57,569 nucleotides of DNA from a virus (Duplodnaviria > Caudoviricetes): positions 1 to 57,569 of the IMG/VR virus record IMGVR_UViG_3300029787_000051; one strand, written 5' to 3'. This document shows positions 16,892 to 27,531 of this stretch, in pieces. Position numbers and translations under genes: made by a program. The number at the start of each line of letters is the position of its first letter. Position 1 is the stretch's first letter. Below the pieces are notes generated by a model, which saw only the letters and a list, made by a program, of their open reading frames with translations, had not been told where the DNA came from and made no database searches.

Positions 16892-19800
16892 TTAATTCTT
16901 GTCTCTCCCTCTCATATAGGGATCAGTCATTAAACCTCTAGGTGTTCTTCCCCTTAGATAGTCTCTGCTTTTTCTTTCTTGTTCTCCATATAACTGGCCC
17001 TTCTCTCGTTTGAAATCATCATACATTTCAAGCCCTCGCCTGTATCCCCCAGAATCCATAATGCTTTGACCAGACTCTCTAAGATAGTCGCTTTCAATAA
17101 GCCTACGTATGTCTTTAGGTATACGCTCAAACTCAAACTTCTCTCCTCTTGAGAATGGCTCACCAGCACTATCACTATCTCCTTGTACTCGTAGAAGCGC
17201 ACGTTCACGCCCGTCATGCATATTTGTTCTAAGCAAAGACTTTAACTCAATAATTTTCTTTTCATTGCTTAGTTCTTTGTACGCTTTTGATTTAATCAGA
17301 GGGAGTGCAGACTGTGTATTATTTTGTCCAGTGTACATCTTTCCCCACCAATCAATTTCCGCATCACCAGTTCCTTGATAAACTTCCCAATGCTTAAGCT
17401 GCAATCGCTTAACCTCTTTTTCAAGAGCGTTAGGCTCGTTCCTGTGTGTCAATCCTAGCAACTGTTTCTCCCACGGGAACCGTGCATATAAAGGATCAGT
17501 TACGAATGTTTTCTCTCCTTGTGTAAACCCACCGCCTCTAGTGGGAGATGTCATTGGTCGTTTCTTTGGTCCAACATCTTCAACGTCAAACCCGAACAAC
17601 CATTTATCTCCTTCTACACCCTTGTCCCTTGAGTAAGCAAGATATCCATTCATTGGATCAGTTACGTGCGGGAAGGAACGTGATGCTTGTTTAGCAAAAT
17701 AGTGCCATCCATTTACATCATTATTGTCGGGTACAATAGAATAGTTCTGTGGGTCAAACTGTGCGTTCATATCCTTTAACATACCAGCGGGTATGGTAAA
17801 AGTATTTAACCAATCTCCTGTTAGCTTACGTACGACTTTAAAATCTTCATCTGTCATATCTTTATGTGTAGCTACATACTCAATAGTTTTATCTAAAAAC
17901 TCTAGTCCACTACCTGTGCGTAGAGTAGACCCCATTACTGCTTTAGCTAAGTTCTCGTAATCAACTTCTCTAAAAACAATCTCTTGGTTCTTAGGTATTC
18001 CCAACCCTTCCAATTGATTTGCTAGTTGTACATTTTCTCTTTGATTAGCATAACGGTATATCTGATCAGCAGCCCATGCATAGATGGCAAATGGGCCTAG
18101 CTGCGCACGTGTATCTACAACTCCTCCAGCAGTATAGTATTCATATGGTCCAGTATTTTCATCACCTGCTCTTGATCTCATCTGCATGGCCCCATATAGC
18201 ATTCCCATACCTGTTACTTGCTTCGACAATATATCTCCTGTTGATCTCTTCGCGCCCGATCTAAAGAAGTCTATTGATCCAATAATAGGAGCGTGAGTAT
18301 ACATAAACTCAAGAGAGTTCATGGTAAATTTAGGAAACGGTATAATCATTGATGCTCCGGGTTGCGAGAAAACTTTAATAAATCCATTAGCAAATTTTCC
18401 AGCAGCAGTTTTTCTTCCAGCATATCCTTTTTGGTACACAAATGAGAGTGTCTCATCTAACGAGTTCTTAATTAATTGAGGATCAAGGTGATTCATTGTG
18501 TGACCGCCTTTAAGAAAGTCCATAAAGGTGTCACCATACTTACTTCTATCTGCTTCGGTAGTATACTTAACATAATTCTTTTTCATTTGATCAGCAAATA
18601 TTGCTCTCTTAAAGGTGTTATCCGAAAGAGTGTTGATGTAATTCATCTTCTTGCCAAGCTCTGCTATGCCAGAGCCAACACCAAAGTTTTCTGCTAGGTC
18701 TGCGTTTGCTCTAAATAGTTGTTGAAAGTTTCCGGGCATCTCTTCGTTAAATATTCTTTTTATAATTTCTGCTTCAGCAGGGTTCACTAGTTCTTTGTAT
18801 ACACGGAAAGGATTGCTTACCCCTACTTTAGGTGCAACATCTTCGCTTGCTCCTAGTGATCTACGTATCCAGTTACCTGTGCCATCTATGCCAGCTTCAA
18901 CAAAGTTATCTAGTGCATAGATAGCTGATCTAAATGCGGCGTTCTCTGTGTTACGAACTGTAGTTGCTAACTGAGAAGTCATTGCACCTAATCGCAGCTT
19001 ATCTACGTTTGTCATAAACTGCCATATGCCTTTATGCACAGATGAACTTTCTCGCGCAGCAAATCTTTTTTGTTCCGCTGTGACTGTACGCATACCTACA
19101 GATTCAAGTGAGGAAAGCCCTTCCATAGTTTCATTAACTAGCTTCTTTTTTAAGGCACTCATCGTTCCTAATTTACTAGCAGCATCATGTAGATCAGCCA
19201 TAAAGAATTTACCTATATCGCCTTGAGTGATGCTATGCTCATCCATTATTCTAGCTATGTCATCTATGCCTAACGCCTCATCGCCGCTTTCCAAAGCACG
19301 TGCTAATGTTTGTGTAATGCGCTCACCCTTTACAGGTGTTACTCTAGACATAATCTTAGCTGATGCAGCAGCAATATTTCTGACTGTCTCAGGGGTCATG
19401 TCTGCCGTTAACTCTAATTGTTTTGCAGCTTGGCCTGTTTCATCTACGTACTCAACTCCTTCATCAGGCTTCTTCTTACGCATAAGGGTATCCATAATCT
19501 TCCCCTTTACACGTTGGCCTGATGCAACTAGAGTCTTATCAAGAGCTTTTTTCTTAGCACTTTCTAATGAGAGTATCTGTCTTTCGATCTCTTTAGCAGT
19601 TGCCCCAAGAGCATCATCTCCAAATACTTCTTTAGTATTATCTATAGCTAAACGCTTGTTCGTTTCTTTGCGTAGGGTACGCATTCCAAATGCTTCTGCT
19701 GTATTAGCACCCTTACTAAATGTAGAACGTGCTGTTAAGCCGCCCCCTAATGCGCCAGCAGTAGCACCTATACCTGCATGAAGGGCAACATCTCCCTTAT

Positions 19801-20602
19801 CTATTTCTTTATTCTGAAGCTCGTCTTGAAGCATCCTTATCTCTGGCGGCACTGGTTCACCAGCGTCTTCTTTCTCTTTAATAAAAGGTTTAATTGTTTC
19901 TTCATCAAAACCTTTACCTGCTATAATCTCACCTTCTTGTCTTTGGGCCTCTTGAAACCCCATTGCAGTACCTTCTATAGCACCTACTACACCAACTCCT
20001 TTTGCAGTAGCTTTATTTCTAGCTTTCTTAAGTGCTAAGTCTTTGACACCTTGTTTGGCAAACTCCATGATTTGTCGTTTACCTAGCTCAAGACCTGTAG
20101 CTACCCCTGCTTTTGTAGCACCTCCAGTAACAGCACTTATCCATGTTGAAGGCGCAGATGCAATTCCCCCTGCATAGTCTTTTACTGTTTCTACATTAAA
20201 CTTCCCTTTTAAATTATTCTCTATCATATCATGCAAGAAGTAGTATCTATTGCGTTGCTCATCCGTACCTGTTTTTAAATGGTACAGATCACGTGCAATA
20301 GTTACTTCATTAACGGTACGGTATCTCCAATGCTCACGCAATTGATCAAGCACAAATTGCGGGTTCTCTAAATCTTTATCAGTATATCCTAAGATTTTAT
20401 TCTCACCGGGAAGTGGTATACCTGATCGTTCTTTTAAAAACTTTCTTCCTTCCTCAAGGAACAGGTTATCCTGTAGTATATCAGGGTCATCTTTTTTATT
20501 TCTTTCTTGCTGCATCCTTTTCATCTGTTCACGCATACGATCTTCTTGGGCAATCTGCCCACCCGTAAATGCTACACTAGATTGGCTACCAGTAATGCCC
20601 AT
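16892..20602 (-). CDS. Large internal virion (ejection) protein
   Basis: 1236 aa, helical, last gene of the structural arm as in podoviruses. Confidence 0.7.
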   Translation of the reverse strand: MGITGSQSSVAFTGGQIAQEDRMREQMKRMQQERNKKDDPDILQDNLFLEEGRKFLKERSGIPLPGENKILGYTDKDLENPQFVLDQLREHWRYRTVNEVTIARDLYHLKTGTDEQRNRYYFLHDMIENNLKGKFNVETVKDYAGGIASAPSTWISAVTGGATKAGVATGLELGKRQIMEFAKQGVKDLALKKARNKATAKGVGVVGAIEGTAMGFQEAQRQEGEIIAGKGFDEETIKPFIKEKEDAGEPVPPEIRMLQDELQNKEIDKGDVALHAGIGATAGALGGGLTARSTFSKGANTAEAFGMRTLRKETNKRLAIDNTKEVFGDDALGATAKEIERQILSLESAKKKALDKTLVASGQRVKGKIMDTLMRKKKPDEGVEYVDETGQAAKQLELTADMTPETVRNIAAASAKIMSRVTPVKGERITQTLARALESGDEALGIDDIARIMDEHSITQGDIGKFFMADLHDAASKLGTMSALKKKLVNETMEGLSSLESVGMRTVTAEQKRFAARESSSVHKGIWQFMTNVDKLRLGAMTSQLATTVRNTENAAFRSAIYALDNFVEAGIDGTGNWIRRSLGASEDVAPKVGVSNPFRVYKELVNPAEAEIIKRIFNEEMPGNFQQLFRANADLAENFGVGSGIAELGKKMNYINTLSDNTFKRAIFADQMKKNYVKYTTEADRSKYGDTFMDFLKGGHTMNHLDPQLIKNSLDETLSFVYQKGYAGRKTAAGKFANGFIKVFSQPGASMIIPFPKFTMNSLEFMYTHAPIIGSIDFFRSGAKRSTGDILSKQVTGMGMLYGAMQMRSRAGDENTGPYEYYTAGGVVDTRAQLGPFAIYAWAADQIYRYANQRENVQLANQLEGLGIPKNQEIVFREVDYENLAKAVMGSTLRTGSGLEFLDKTIEYVATHKDMTDEDFKVVRKLTGDWLNTFTIPAGMLKDMNAQFDPQNYSIVPDNNDVNGWHYFAKQASRSFPHVTDPMNGYLAYSRDKGVEGDKWLFGFDVEDVGPKKRPMTSPTRGGGFTQGEKTFVTDPLYARFPWEKQLLGLTHRNEPNALEKEVKRLQLKHWEVYQGTGDAEIDWWGKMYTGQNNTQSALPLIKSKAYKELSNEKKIIELKSLLRTNMHDGRERALLRVQGDSDSAGEPFSRGEKFEFERIPKDIRRLIESDYLRESGQSIMDSGGYRRGLEMYDDFKREKGQLYGEQERKSRDYLRGRTPRGLMTDPYMRGRDKN

Positions 20603-20615
20603 TAGTCTCTCCTAC

Positions 20616-22112
20616 CTAATTCCGCGCATTTTGTCGCGCCATAAGTGCTATTTTTCCTGCCTGAGATTCTCCTATGCTACCTGCTGGCATTACCTGTTGC
20701 CTATAAACATTTCTAGTCATCCAGTTATTGTACTGCTCACGTATCTTTCTGACTTCAGCCATTGAGTTTGCAATATTTTGAGGAAGCGTTGTACGCCCTT
20801 GTAATGTAGCTATTGCGCTAGCATTAGGCGCATTAAATCCCGGTTGCTGCTGCTGCTGTTGTGACCCTCCGGGTCGCGTTTGCGTTGAACTAGATGGCGT
20901 ACTCACAGTACCAATACTCCCATAAGTTCCTGCATCTACAGCATCCCTAATCTTTCTCCTTATGTCAGCATCATTAAGTCCAGTGTCCCTGTTACCCATC
21001 ATGTTAGTATATGAAACAGTAGCTAAATCTAACGCAGCTTGAGCTTTTGTGATAGCATCCCGTTGGGTTGCACGGTTAGGGAATGTCATATTGTTATTAC
21101 TGTCAAACGCTACAGTTACTCCGTACTTGTCAGCTATGGATCGTGTCATATCCTTACGGAATGAATCTAGGTCAGCCCTTGTTATATCTGCGTCACTCGC
21201 TATAATAGCTGCATCTGCACTAGTTTCCATATTTCTAATGTTCTTTTGTAGATTTCTAACTTTACGATCAAGTGTTTTATCCCGCTTCTTAGGATCATAT
21301 GTCATATCACTTATGTCATTTAACAAGTTCTGCGCTGTCGCTTTTGATGTAATAAACTGCTCATCGGCATCGTCTTTAACAGGCGCTTCTTGATCATCTA
21401 AGGTTGCTTTTTTAATATCCGTGTCTAATGGCCTCGTAATCTCAGCTTCATAAGTTGCTGCCTCAATTGCTTGGGTATTCTTAGTAACAGTTTGCTCCTT
21501 TATAGTACGATCAATCCTTGCATCTCCGGGAATTAAACTATAGTCAATTGTTCCCGCTATACGATCTCTAAAAGATAAATCTCCAGAAGCAAGAGCATGG
21601 GCTTCCGCATATTGATCTTTACCTCCGGGCAGCATACCTTGCATTTGGTTAGCTAATCCACGTGTCCTCCAGTTACCTTGCGGTAAGTTTGCATCCGCTG
21701 ATACATTAGGTGTACCAAGAATAATACTATTAACTGAATCAACATAATTAAATTGAGGGTCAGCATCACTAGGGTCAATGGAGACTACATTATTTATCAT
21801 GCTTTTGTATTCAGCGGGAGTAGCAATGGACCTCTGATATTTTAATCTAGCAATAACATCTTGCGCAGATTTTTCACCGCTTTGCGCTACATAAAATGCT
21901 TCTTGTTTTCCTAGCCCAAGCGACTGTAGTTCATTGCCAATGCTTTCATACACCTGTCGTTTCTGTCTACGTGTTTGCCGCTTTTTGTATCCAGTTTGTG
22001 TAAACTTTGCATGGTCTGCGAAAGCCTTTGTTAGCCGTTCACCTGCTTTTTCTTGATCCTTAACAAACTGATCAGCAAATCCTTTACCGAATGCGCCCCA
22101 TGAGAATCCCAT
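20616..22112 (-). CDS. Putative internal virion protein
   Basis: N-terminal MGFSWGAFGKGF; position; AGGAG SD. Confidence 0.6.
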   Translation of the reverse strand: MGFSWGAFGKGFADQFVKDQEKAGERLTKAFADHAKFTQTGYKKRQTRRQKRQVYESIGNELQSLGLGKQEAFYVAQSGEKSAQDVIARLKYQRSIATPAEYKSMINNVVSIDPSDADPQFNYVDSVNSIILGTPNVSADANLPQGNWRTRGLANQMQGMLPGGKDQYAEAHALASGDLSFRDRIAGTIDYSLIPGDARIDRTIKEQTVTKNTQAIEAATYEAEITRPLDTDIKKATLDDQEAPVKDDADEQFITSKATAQNLLNDISDMTYDPKKRDKTLDRKVRNLQKNIRNMETSADAAIIASDADITRADLDSFRKDMTRSIADKYGVTVAFDSNNNMTFPNRATQRDAITKAQAALDLATVSYTNMMGNRDTGLNDADIRRKIRDAVDAGTYGSIGTVSTPSSSTQTRPGGSQQQQQQPGFNAPNASAIATLQGRTTLPQNIANSMAEVRKIREQYNNWMTRNVYRQQVMPAGSIGESQAGKIALMARQNARN

Positions 22113-22619
22113 CTAACCTCTCCTTCCCATTAAACTTTCCTCTTCCATTTCTTCTTGAGGTTCTTCTTCCTCAATCTCTGTATCCATGACTTCTTTATCT
22201 TTATTCTTGTCAAATACCTCTTGCATAGCACGTGTTATTAATACAGAATCATCGTTCTGATTAGCTTTATTTGTTTCGGGTTCAATACCTATCTTGTATT
22301 CAATACCTGCATCTTCAGCCATCCCTCTTAGCCACTCAGTTACAATAGGCGTTGCAAGAATAGCGACATCTACGGAATGTTTTCCTGTCATTACCCCGCC
22401 TAATGTAAATGAGTTAGCCAGAGTAACTAAGGGGTATCCCATTTCAATTACATCAACTATCTGATCATAAATTTCTGGAGTGCTTATTCTTTCAATATAA
22501 AATTCAGCAGCCTCTTCAATAGTATTAAACTGGGGAGGATTCTGCCACGGTCTTGCACCCGGTTCAGCAGTTAAAGATTGTCCGGGTACTGGCGCAGCAA
22601 ATGATGGCGCACGTTCCAT
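22113..22619 (-). CDS. Conserved hypothetical virion-module protein
   Basis: APVPGQSLT.EPG.RPWQNPPQ motif. Confidence 0.7.
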   Translation of the reverse strand: MERAPSFAAPVPGQSLTAEPGARPWQNPPQFNTIEEAAEFYIERISTPEIYDQIVDVIEMGYPLVTLANSFTLGGVMTGKHSVDVAILATPIVTEWLRGMAEDAGIEYKIGIEPETNKANQNDDSVLITRAMQEVFDKNKDKEVMDTEIEEEEPQEEMEEESLMGRRG

Positions 22620-22819
22620 TATACTTCTCCTCGTATACGTCTAATTTCTTGCATATAGTGTACTACTTTATCTTTATCATCCATTGTTTCTTCCTTTGAT
22701 TTTTGTTTACCCATCATAGATAAAGTAGATTCTTTTTTAATAACAGGTTTAGGTTTTTCAGCATCTAATCTTTTATATGCTACCTTAACTGCATTATACA
22801 TATGCATTGGCATTGACAT
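22619..22819 (-). CDS. Hypothetical protein
   Basis: AAGGAG SD; TAATG coupling. Confidence 0.7.
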   Translation of the reverse strand: MSMPMHMYNAVKVAYKRLDAEKPKPVIKKESTLSMMGKQKSKEETMDDKDKVVHYMQEIRRIRGEV

Positions 22820-22831
22820 TATACTTCTCCT

Positions 22832-25800
22832 TTAAAAAATAAAGTCTATAACACTTCCTACTACAGATGCAGCAGCCGATCCCCATGATTGAGCTTCTGC
22901 TCTTTCTGTAGCTAAGTTACCTAATTCTTTCTCTGTTGTAGCGTTAAGATCAGCAATAGCCATTTGGACAATTCTGGCACGTTCATTCTCTGTTGATGTC
23001 CATGCCCATTCCATTGTATCTCCATAGTATTGCCACAGGTTTTCATACGCCTGTTGAGAAATACCTAGTAAAGCCTTTGCATTCATTTCGTTAGCATTGT
23101 TAATCGAAGCGGTATCTGCTGTAGCTATTGCACGTTTCCATACTGCATTACTTTGTGCAATTACTAGTTGGTTCTGCGCATTAAACTGATCACGTTGGTT
23201 GTTTAGTTCTGCATTAAATCTTTCTACAGTATTTACCTGACCAGCATTAAATTGAGCTTGTGCATTAGCTTGAGTAGCATTAAACTGATTAGTTGCTTGT
23301 CCTAGATTAGCAAAGAACTGATCAGTTTGATTTTGACTAGCAGCATTAAATTGGTTAGCAGCGTTCTCAGCAGCCTTATCAGTAAACATTGCTTGTATTT
23401 GTTCAGCAGCTTTAAATAACTCTGTCTGTTGAGCATTAGCTAAATTAGCCATGTCCATTTGTAGAAGATGTTGTGCGTTTACAACAGCAGCTTGTTGCCG
23501 TGCATCTAAATCTTTTTGTTCTAGGGAAGCTATTGCAGCAGCCTCTTGTATTATAAGAGCTTGTTTATTACGTACATTCTCTAAGTTCATAGTTTGCGTC
23601 ATTGCTGCATTTTCTAGGATAACTTGTTGCTCTGCTGTATGGTTTCTATCCGCTATGTCTGCAATTTTAGTTGCATTAGCTACCCTAGCTTTAAACTCTT
23701 GATCAAACTCCATCCCCATAAAAGCTGCACGTTGCTCTGCATATACCATTTGCATAGCTTGACGGTTACTTAAGTTTGCTAGTTCAAATGTTCCAAACGT
23801 TTGAGCATCGGCTTGTGCAATGGGTAGTGCAGATTCAAGTGCTGATTGTATCATAGCTTGTCCAAAGATACTAGATGCACCGATCCCCCGTGCCGCCATC
23901 TTTTCTGTTACTCCACGTAACGCACCAGCAGCCCATGATGGGGGATTTGAAGCATCAAAGTTTGCAGTTAACTGTGCAAGTTGCCCACGTACTGTTGCTT
24001 GTTCGGTAGGATCAGCAGTTGCTGCTTGCACTCCCTCAATAAATTGAGATGCCTTTTCAGCGTTAGCTGCGCCAGATATTAACTCTCCTTCTTGTATCTC
24101 TCTTGTAGCCGCTGAGTCAATATGTGCTGCAACTCCTGCCGCTGCATTTAGATTACTAACATCAGAACTTGTAGTCATTACTGGTTGGCCCTGTGCATCT
24201 AACACAGGATTTCCATCTGCCCCTATCAGTGGTTTCTTAGCAGACTGCGCTGCATCCATTTTTTGTGCAGTACCTGTTTGCGCTTCTACATCATCTAGTA
24301 CATTATCTACTGCTGTAGTGCCTACTTTTGCATCTGTAGCAGTTACAACATTTGCATCAGTTTCAGTAACATTATCAGCATAGGTTGTTCCAGCTAGTGT
24401 TGGGTCTACAGCAACAGTTCCACCTACCATTCCTGTTGTTTCTGTTAAAATAGTGTTACCATCTGCATCTGTTTCAAATAGCATATTGCCATTTTCATCA
24501 TACAAAAACTGCCCATTCTCATCTATTCTAGGAATAGGATCGCCACCTGCATCTAGATATTGATCAGCACTCTCTTGTATCATAGCAGGAATAATTTGTT
24601 CGCCACCTTGTAGATGAGGATCAACTGCATCTTGTGCAGTCATGCTTCCTATTGTAGCAGGACGAGTTTCGTACCCTGTTACAATTAAGTTACCATCAGC
24701 ATCCGTTTGGTACATAGGCGTTCCATCTTCATTAAATAGAGGAACAGGGTCTTCTGAGTAAACCGTTTGACCTGATTGGAAGGTTGATGCGCCACTATAA
24801 ATAGGCATATTCTTAACAAGATTCTTAACTTCTTCTTCTGTACCACTAGGACGATTATGTGAATACAATGTTTTACCAGTATCCGAATCAAAATACTGAC
24901 CTTTTTTAGCTCCGTAACTATAGACGGAACCTCGCCCACCCATCATGTCTGCTATATATTGGGGAGCATCTACTGAAGAAGAATAGTCTTTCCATTTAAT
25001 TGAATACTTATCTGTGTATGCATCCTTTTCTAATTTTAAAAAGCTATCAAAATCATCGCCTAAAGTTTGTTGGACACCTTCACTCATTTGTTGTTGATAC
25101 TGAGGTATTTGATCGTCAGAGTAACCTTCTGGAGCCTGATAAACAAAACCTTTATCTACAGCAGCTTGAATATTTTGGTTGCTTGAAGGCGTAGTGGGAG
25201 TAGATGGAATGTTTACATTTGGATTACTGCCGTAGTCAGGCGCAGGGGCTGTACCACCCGGTGCGGTAGTAGGAGATGTAACAGCAGAAGCCATAGCTTT
25301 TGCTGGAGCTTGCGCAGATTGCCCTTGTACCAAACCTGTGTCTGTTGTTGTTGTAACTCCTCTACTTGTATTTAAATTCTCTTTTCGTATAGAATCTAAA
25401 AGTTCATTTGATTGAGCCTTAGGTGTAACAAGACGGGGATCAGGTTGATTCATAGGTAACGGGTCTGTGTACTCTTCTTTTGCGTCCTTAATACTCTGTT
25501 GCATTGTTTCGGCGGCTGCTGGAGTACTATTTTGTCTTTCTGTTAGCGCATTCATTTGTTTATTATATTGTGATTGTAGATCAGTCATGTATTGACTATG
25601 TTGACCTTCTAGTTGTGTTTTGTAGGCATTAAGCTGTTCTTCTGGAGTTTGTTCAGATTCTGAATCTATCTGAAAACCTTGCATAACAGGAGGGGGAGTC
25701 ATCATCTCTGCTATAGCAGGTGTTCCAGACATCTGTGCAATATTTGAACTTGGCATTTCGGGAGGAGTATAAGCAGCCATACCCCCAGTATTAAATCCTC

Positions 25801-26002
25801 TTTTAGGGTTTTTCTTTCCCTTTATTTCCATATCTAATTCTTTGTGCAAACCCCCAATAAATTGATTTGCAGGAATTTTATACTGTTCAAACATTGCAGT
25901 AAGGAGGTTTTCAGCATCTTTTCTAAACTCTGGGGTGTTCCCATGTTTAGATTGCATTCTCTGTAATAGTTTAATTTCTTGCATAAAGTCCTTAGTTTCC
26001 AT
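22832..26002 (-). CDS. Internal virion protein with Q/A/N-rich coiled-coil C-terminus
   Basis: NQFNA repeats; DENG/DADGN repeats; GFNTGGM motif. Confidence 0.7.
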   Translation of the reverse strand: METKDFMQEIKLLQRMQSKHGNTPEFRKDAENLLTAMFEQYKIPANQFIGGLHKELDMEIKGKKNPKRGFNTGGMAAYTPPEMPSSNIAQMSGTPAIAEMMTPPPVMQGFQIDSESEQTPEEQLNAYKTQLEGQHSQYMTDLQSQYNKQMNALTERQNSTPAAAETMQQSIKDAKEEYTDPLPMNQPDPRLVTPKAQSNELLDSIRKENLNTSRGVTTTTDTGLVQGQSAQAPAKAMASAVTSPTTAPGGTAPAPDYGSNPNVNIPSTPTTPSSNQNIQAAVDKGFVYQAPEGYSDDQIPQYQQQMSEGVQQTLGDDFDSFLKLEKDAYTDKYSIKWKDYSSSVDAPQYIADMMGGRGSVYSYGAKKGQYFDSDTGKTLYSHNRPSGTEEEVKNLVKNMPIYSGASTFQSGQTVYSEDPVPLFNEDGTPMYQTDADGNLIVTGYETRPATIGSMTAQDAVDPHLQGGEQIIPAMIQESADQYLDAGGDPIPRIDENGQFLYDENGNMLFETDADGNTILTETTGMVGGTVAVDPTLAGTTYADNVTETDANVVTATDAKVGTTAVDNVLDDVEAQTGTAQKMDAAQSAKKPLIGADGNPVLDAQGQPVMTTSSDVSNLNAAAGVAAHIDSAATREIQEGELISGAANAEKASQFIEGVQAATADPTEQATVRGQLAQLTANFDASNPPSWAAGALRGVTEKMAARGIGASSIFGQAMIQSALESALPIAQADAQTFGTFELANLSNRQAMQMVYAEQRAAFMGMEFDQEFKARVANATKIADIADRNHTAEQQVILENAAMTQTMNLENVRNKQALIIQEAAAIASLEQKDLDARQQAAVVNAQHLLQMDMANLANAQQTELFKAAEQIQAMFTDKAAENAANQFNAASQNQTDQFFANLGQATNQFNATQANAQAQFNAGQVNTVERFNAELNNQRDQFNAQNQLVIAQSNAVWKRAIATADTASINNANEMNAKALLGISQQAYENLWQYYGDTMEWAWTSTENERARIVQMAIADLNATTEKELGNLATERAEAQSWGSAAASVVGSVIDFIF

Positions 26003-26172
26003 TACTCTTCTCTCCCCTTAAATACTTTCTGCACTGTTTTAGTTTCGTATATACGAATGACTACCCAGATTAGTGATGCCACTGCTGTTACTTCTGGTAT
26101 CCATTGCATTACTGCGCCAATGGTTACACCACCAGCAGATACATCAATCATATTTTTTGTAGGTTCATTCAT
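26002..26172 (-). CDS. Small holin-like membrane protein, 56 aa, not in ORF track
   Basis: MNEPTKNMIDVSAGGVTIGAVMQWIPEVTAVASLIWVVIRIYETKTVQKVFKGREE; TAATG coupling. Confidence 0.6.
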   Translation of the reverse strand: MNEPTKNMIDVSAGGVTIGAVMQWIPEVTAVASLIWVVIRIYETKTVQKVFKGREE

Positions 26173-26185
26173 TTTAAGTTCCTAA

Positions 26186-26470
26186 TTAAATGTCAGCTAA
26201 AGTTCCATCATCCTCTGGAACAGATAAGTCTACAATACTAAATTCAGTACCATCCCAGTTAATACTGCGAGTTGTTTCATTAAAATTTTCAATACTAAAT
26301 TGATCAACGAACACATAACCAGCATCTTTTAACATATCTTGTGTATAGGTTTCTTTATCTGTTCTTGTTGAGCCATTAGACATTCTAATTCTTTCTGGTA
26401 TATCTTGCCATAAGATAGGAAACTCTCCGTTTAAAGAAAACATGTAAGTTAATTTCCAACTATCAGTCAT
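26186..26470 (-). CDS. Tail-associated hypothetical protein
   Basis: ATGA overlap with upstream gene. Confidence 0.65.
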   Translation of the reverse strand: MTDSWKLTYMFSLNGEFPILWQDIPERIRMSNGSTRTDKETYTQDMLKDAGYVFVDQFSIENFNETTRSINWDGTEFSIVDLSVPEDDGTLADI

Positions 26471-27522
26471 GCTGTTATCAATTCTGAAAATACCCAATGG
26501 TTAGTATTTTGTCCAGAGGAGGATGTTTCGCTATATATAAAGTAAGTTCCGCTATATGCACTATTTGGACCTGTGCCGCTTGAAGGCGTACCAGATTGAT
26601 CAACATTCCATCTACCTGCGCCTGTAGAAGTAGTTGTATTGATTTGGGTAGAGTTAGCAAATGCAGTAGTAATGTTGCTTGTATTTGTAGTTCCAGCCTC
26701 TATCCACCCACCATAGCCACCACCAGCACTATTAGTTTCAAAACCGTAAGTTGTAGTAAGACTACCATCGTTATAATACTGAACGTTATCTATTGCGTAG
26801 TCTCCTCGCCAACCATAGCCCGATGAATATCCCGAATCATGTTTCCATGCAAATCTAAATTCAGTACCCGGAGTTATTGCATACGCATTACTACTCCAGC
26901 TTACCGATATCCATGAAGTACTATTATAGTTACCACCTGTCGTACCAAAAGTATGTAGTATATTACCAGATGTATCAACAACATAATGATAGATAGTACC
27001 TATATGTATGCCATTCCTATTCTCTTTTAAATCAACATATATATCAACATCTGTTCCAACAGCATCCGTTACAGTAACATTACCAGACTCCATCTCAACA
27101 GTCCCGCCCGTACTGCCTGATCTTATCTCTAACTTAAATACATTACTTTCTGATAATCCACCTACTTCTGCTAAGAAAGAAAAGTTTAAAGTTGCAGCAT
27201 TAGATGATAGAGTAAAACCGCCGCTAACACTTCCACCCCCTGTTAAATCTGCATCAGTCATTGCAGTGCCAGACACAGTATTAAAAGTATAATAAAGGGT
27301 AGTTCCGTCTGCAAACCCTGCTGTAACAATAGCAAAGCTCATTGATGCGCCTTCAGATACTGTAGAGGTAGATTCAGTACAACTAATATACTTTTTTGTA
27401 GTAGGCCATTTCTCATAATACATACGTTGATCGAATAGATCAAATATACCAGACGTACTATTTGTTTCAGCGACACCAGTTAACGAGTGTTTAAGTCCTA
27501 TTTTACCTGCATTTCTTCTCAT
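26467..27522 (-). CDS. Tail/receptor-binding protein with MAM-like domain
   Basis: GDYAIDNV and TPSSGTGP...YFIYSETS motifs. Confidence 0.65.
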   Translation of the reverse strand: MRRNAGKIGLKHSLTGVAETNSTSGIFDLFDQRMYYEKWPTTKKYISCTESTSTVSEGASMSFAIVTAGFADGTTLYYTFNTVSGTAMTDADLTGGGSVSGGFTLSSNAATLNFSFLAEVGGLSESNVFKLEIRSGSTGGTVEMESGNVTVTDAVGTDVDIYVDLKENRNGIHIGTIYHYVVDTSGNILHTFGTTGGNYNSTSWISVSWSSNAYAITPGTEFRFAWKHDSGYSSGYGWRGDYAIDNVQYYNDGSLTTTYGFETNSAGGGYGGWIEAGTTNTSNITTAFANSTQINTTTSTGAGRWNVDQSGTPSSGTGPNSAYSGTYFIYSETSSSGQNTNHWVFSELITA

Positions 27523-27531
27523 ATGACTTAC

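Noticed and set aside
16892-20602. Virion RNA polymerase that would read the hairpins as in N4
   Set aside because: I could not find T7/N4-type motifs or a DxDxD motif by eye; only structure prediction could reopen this.
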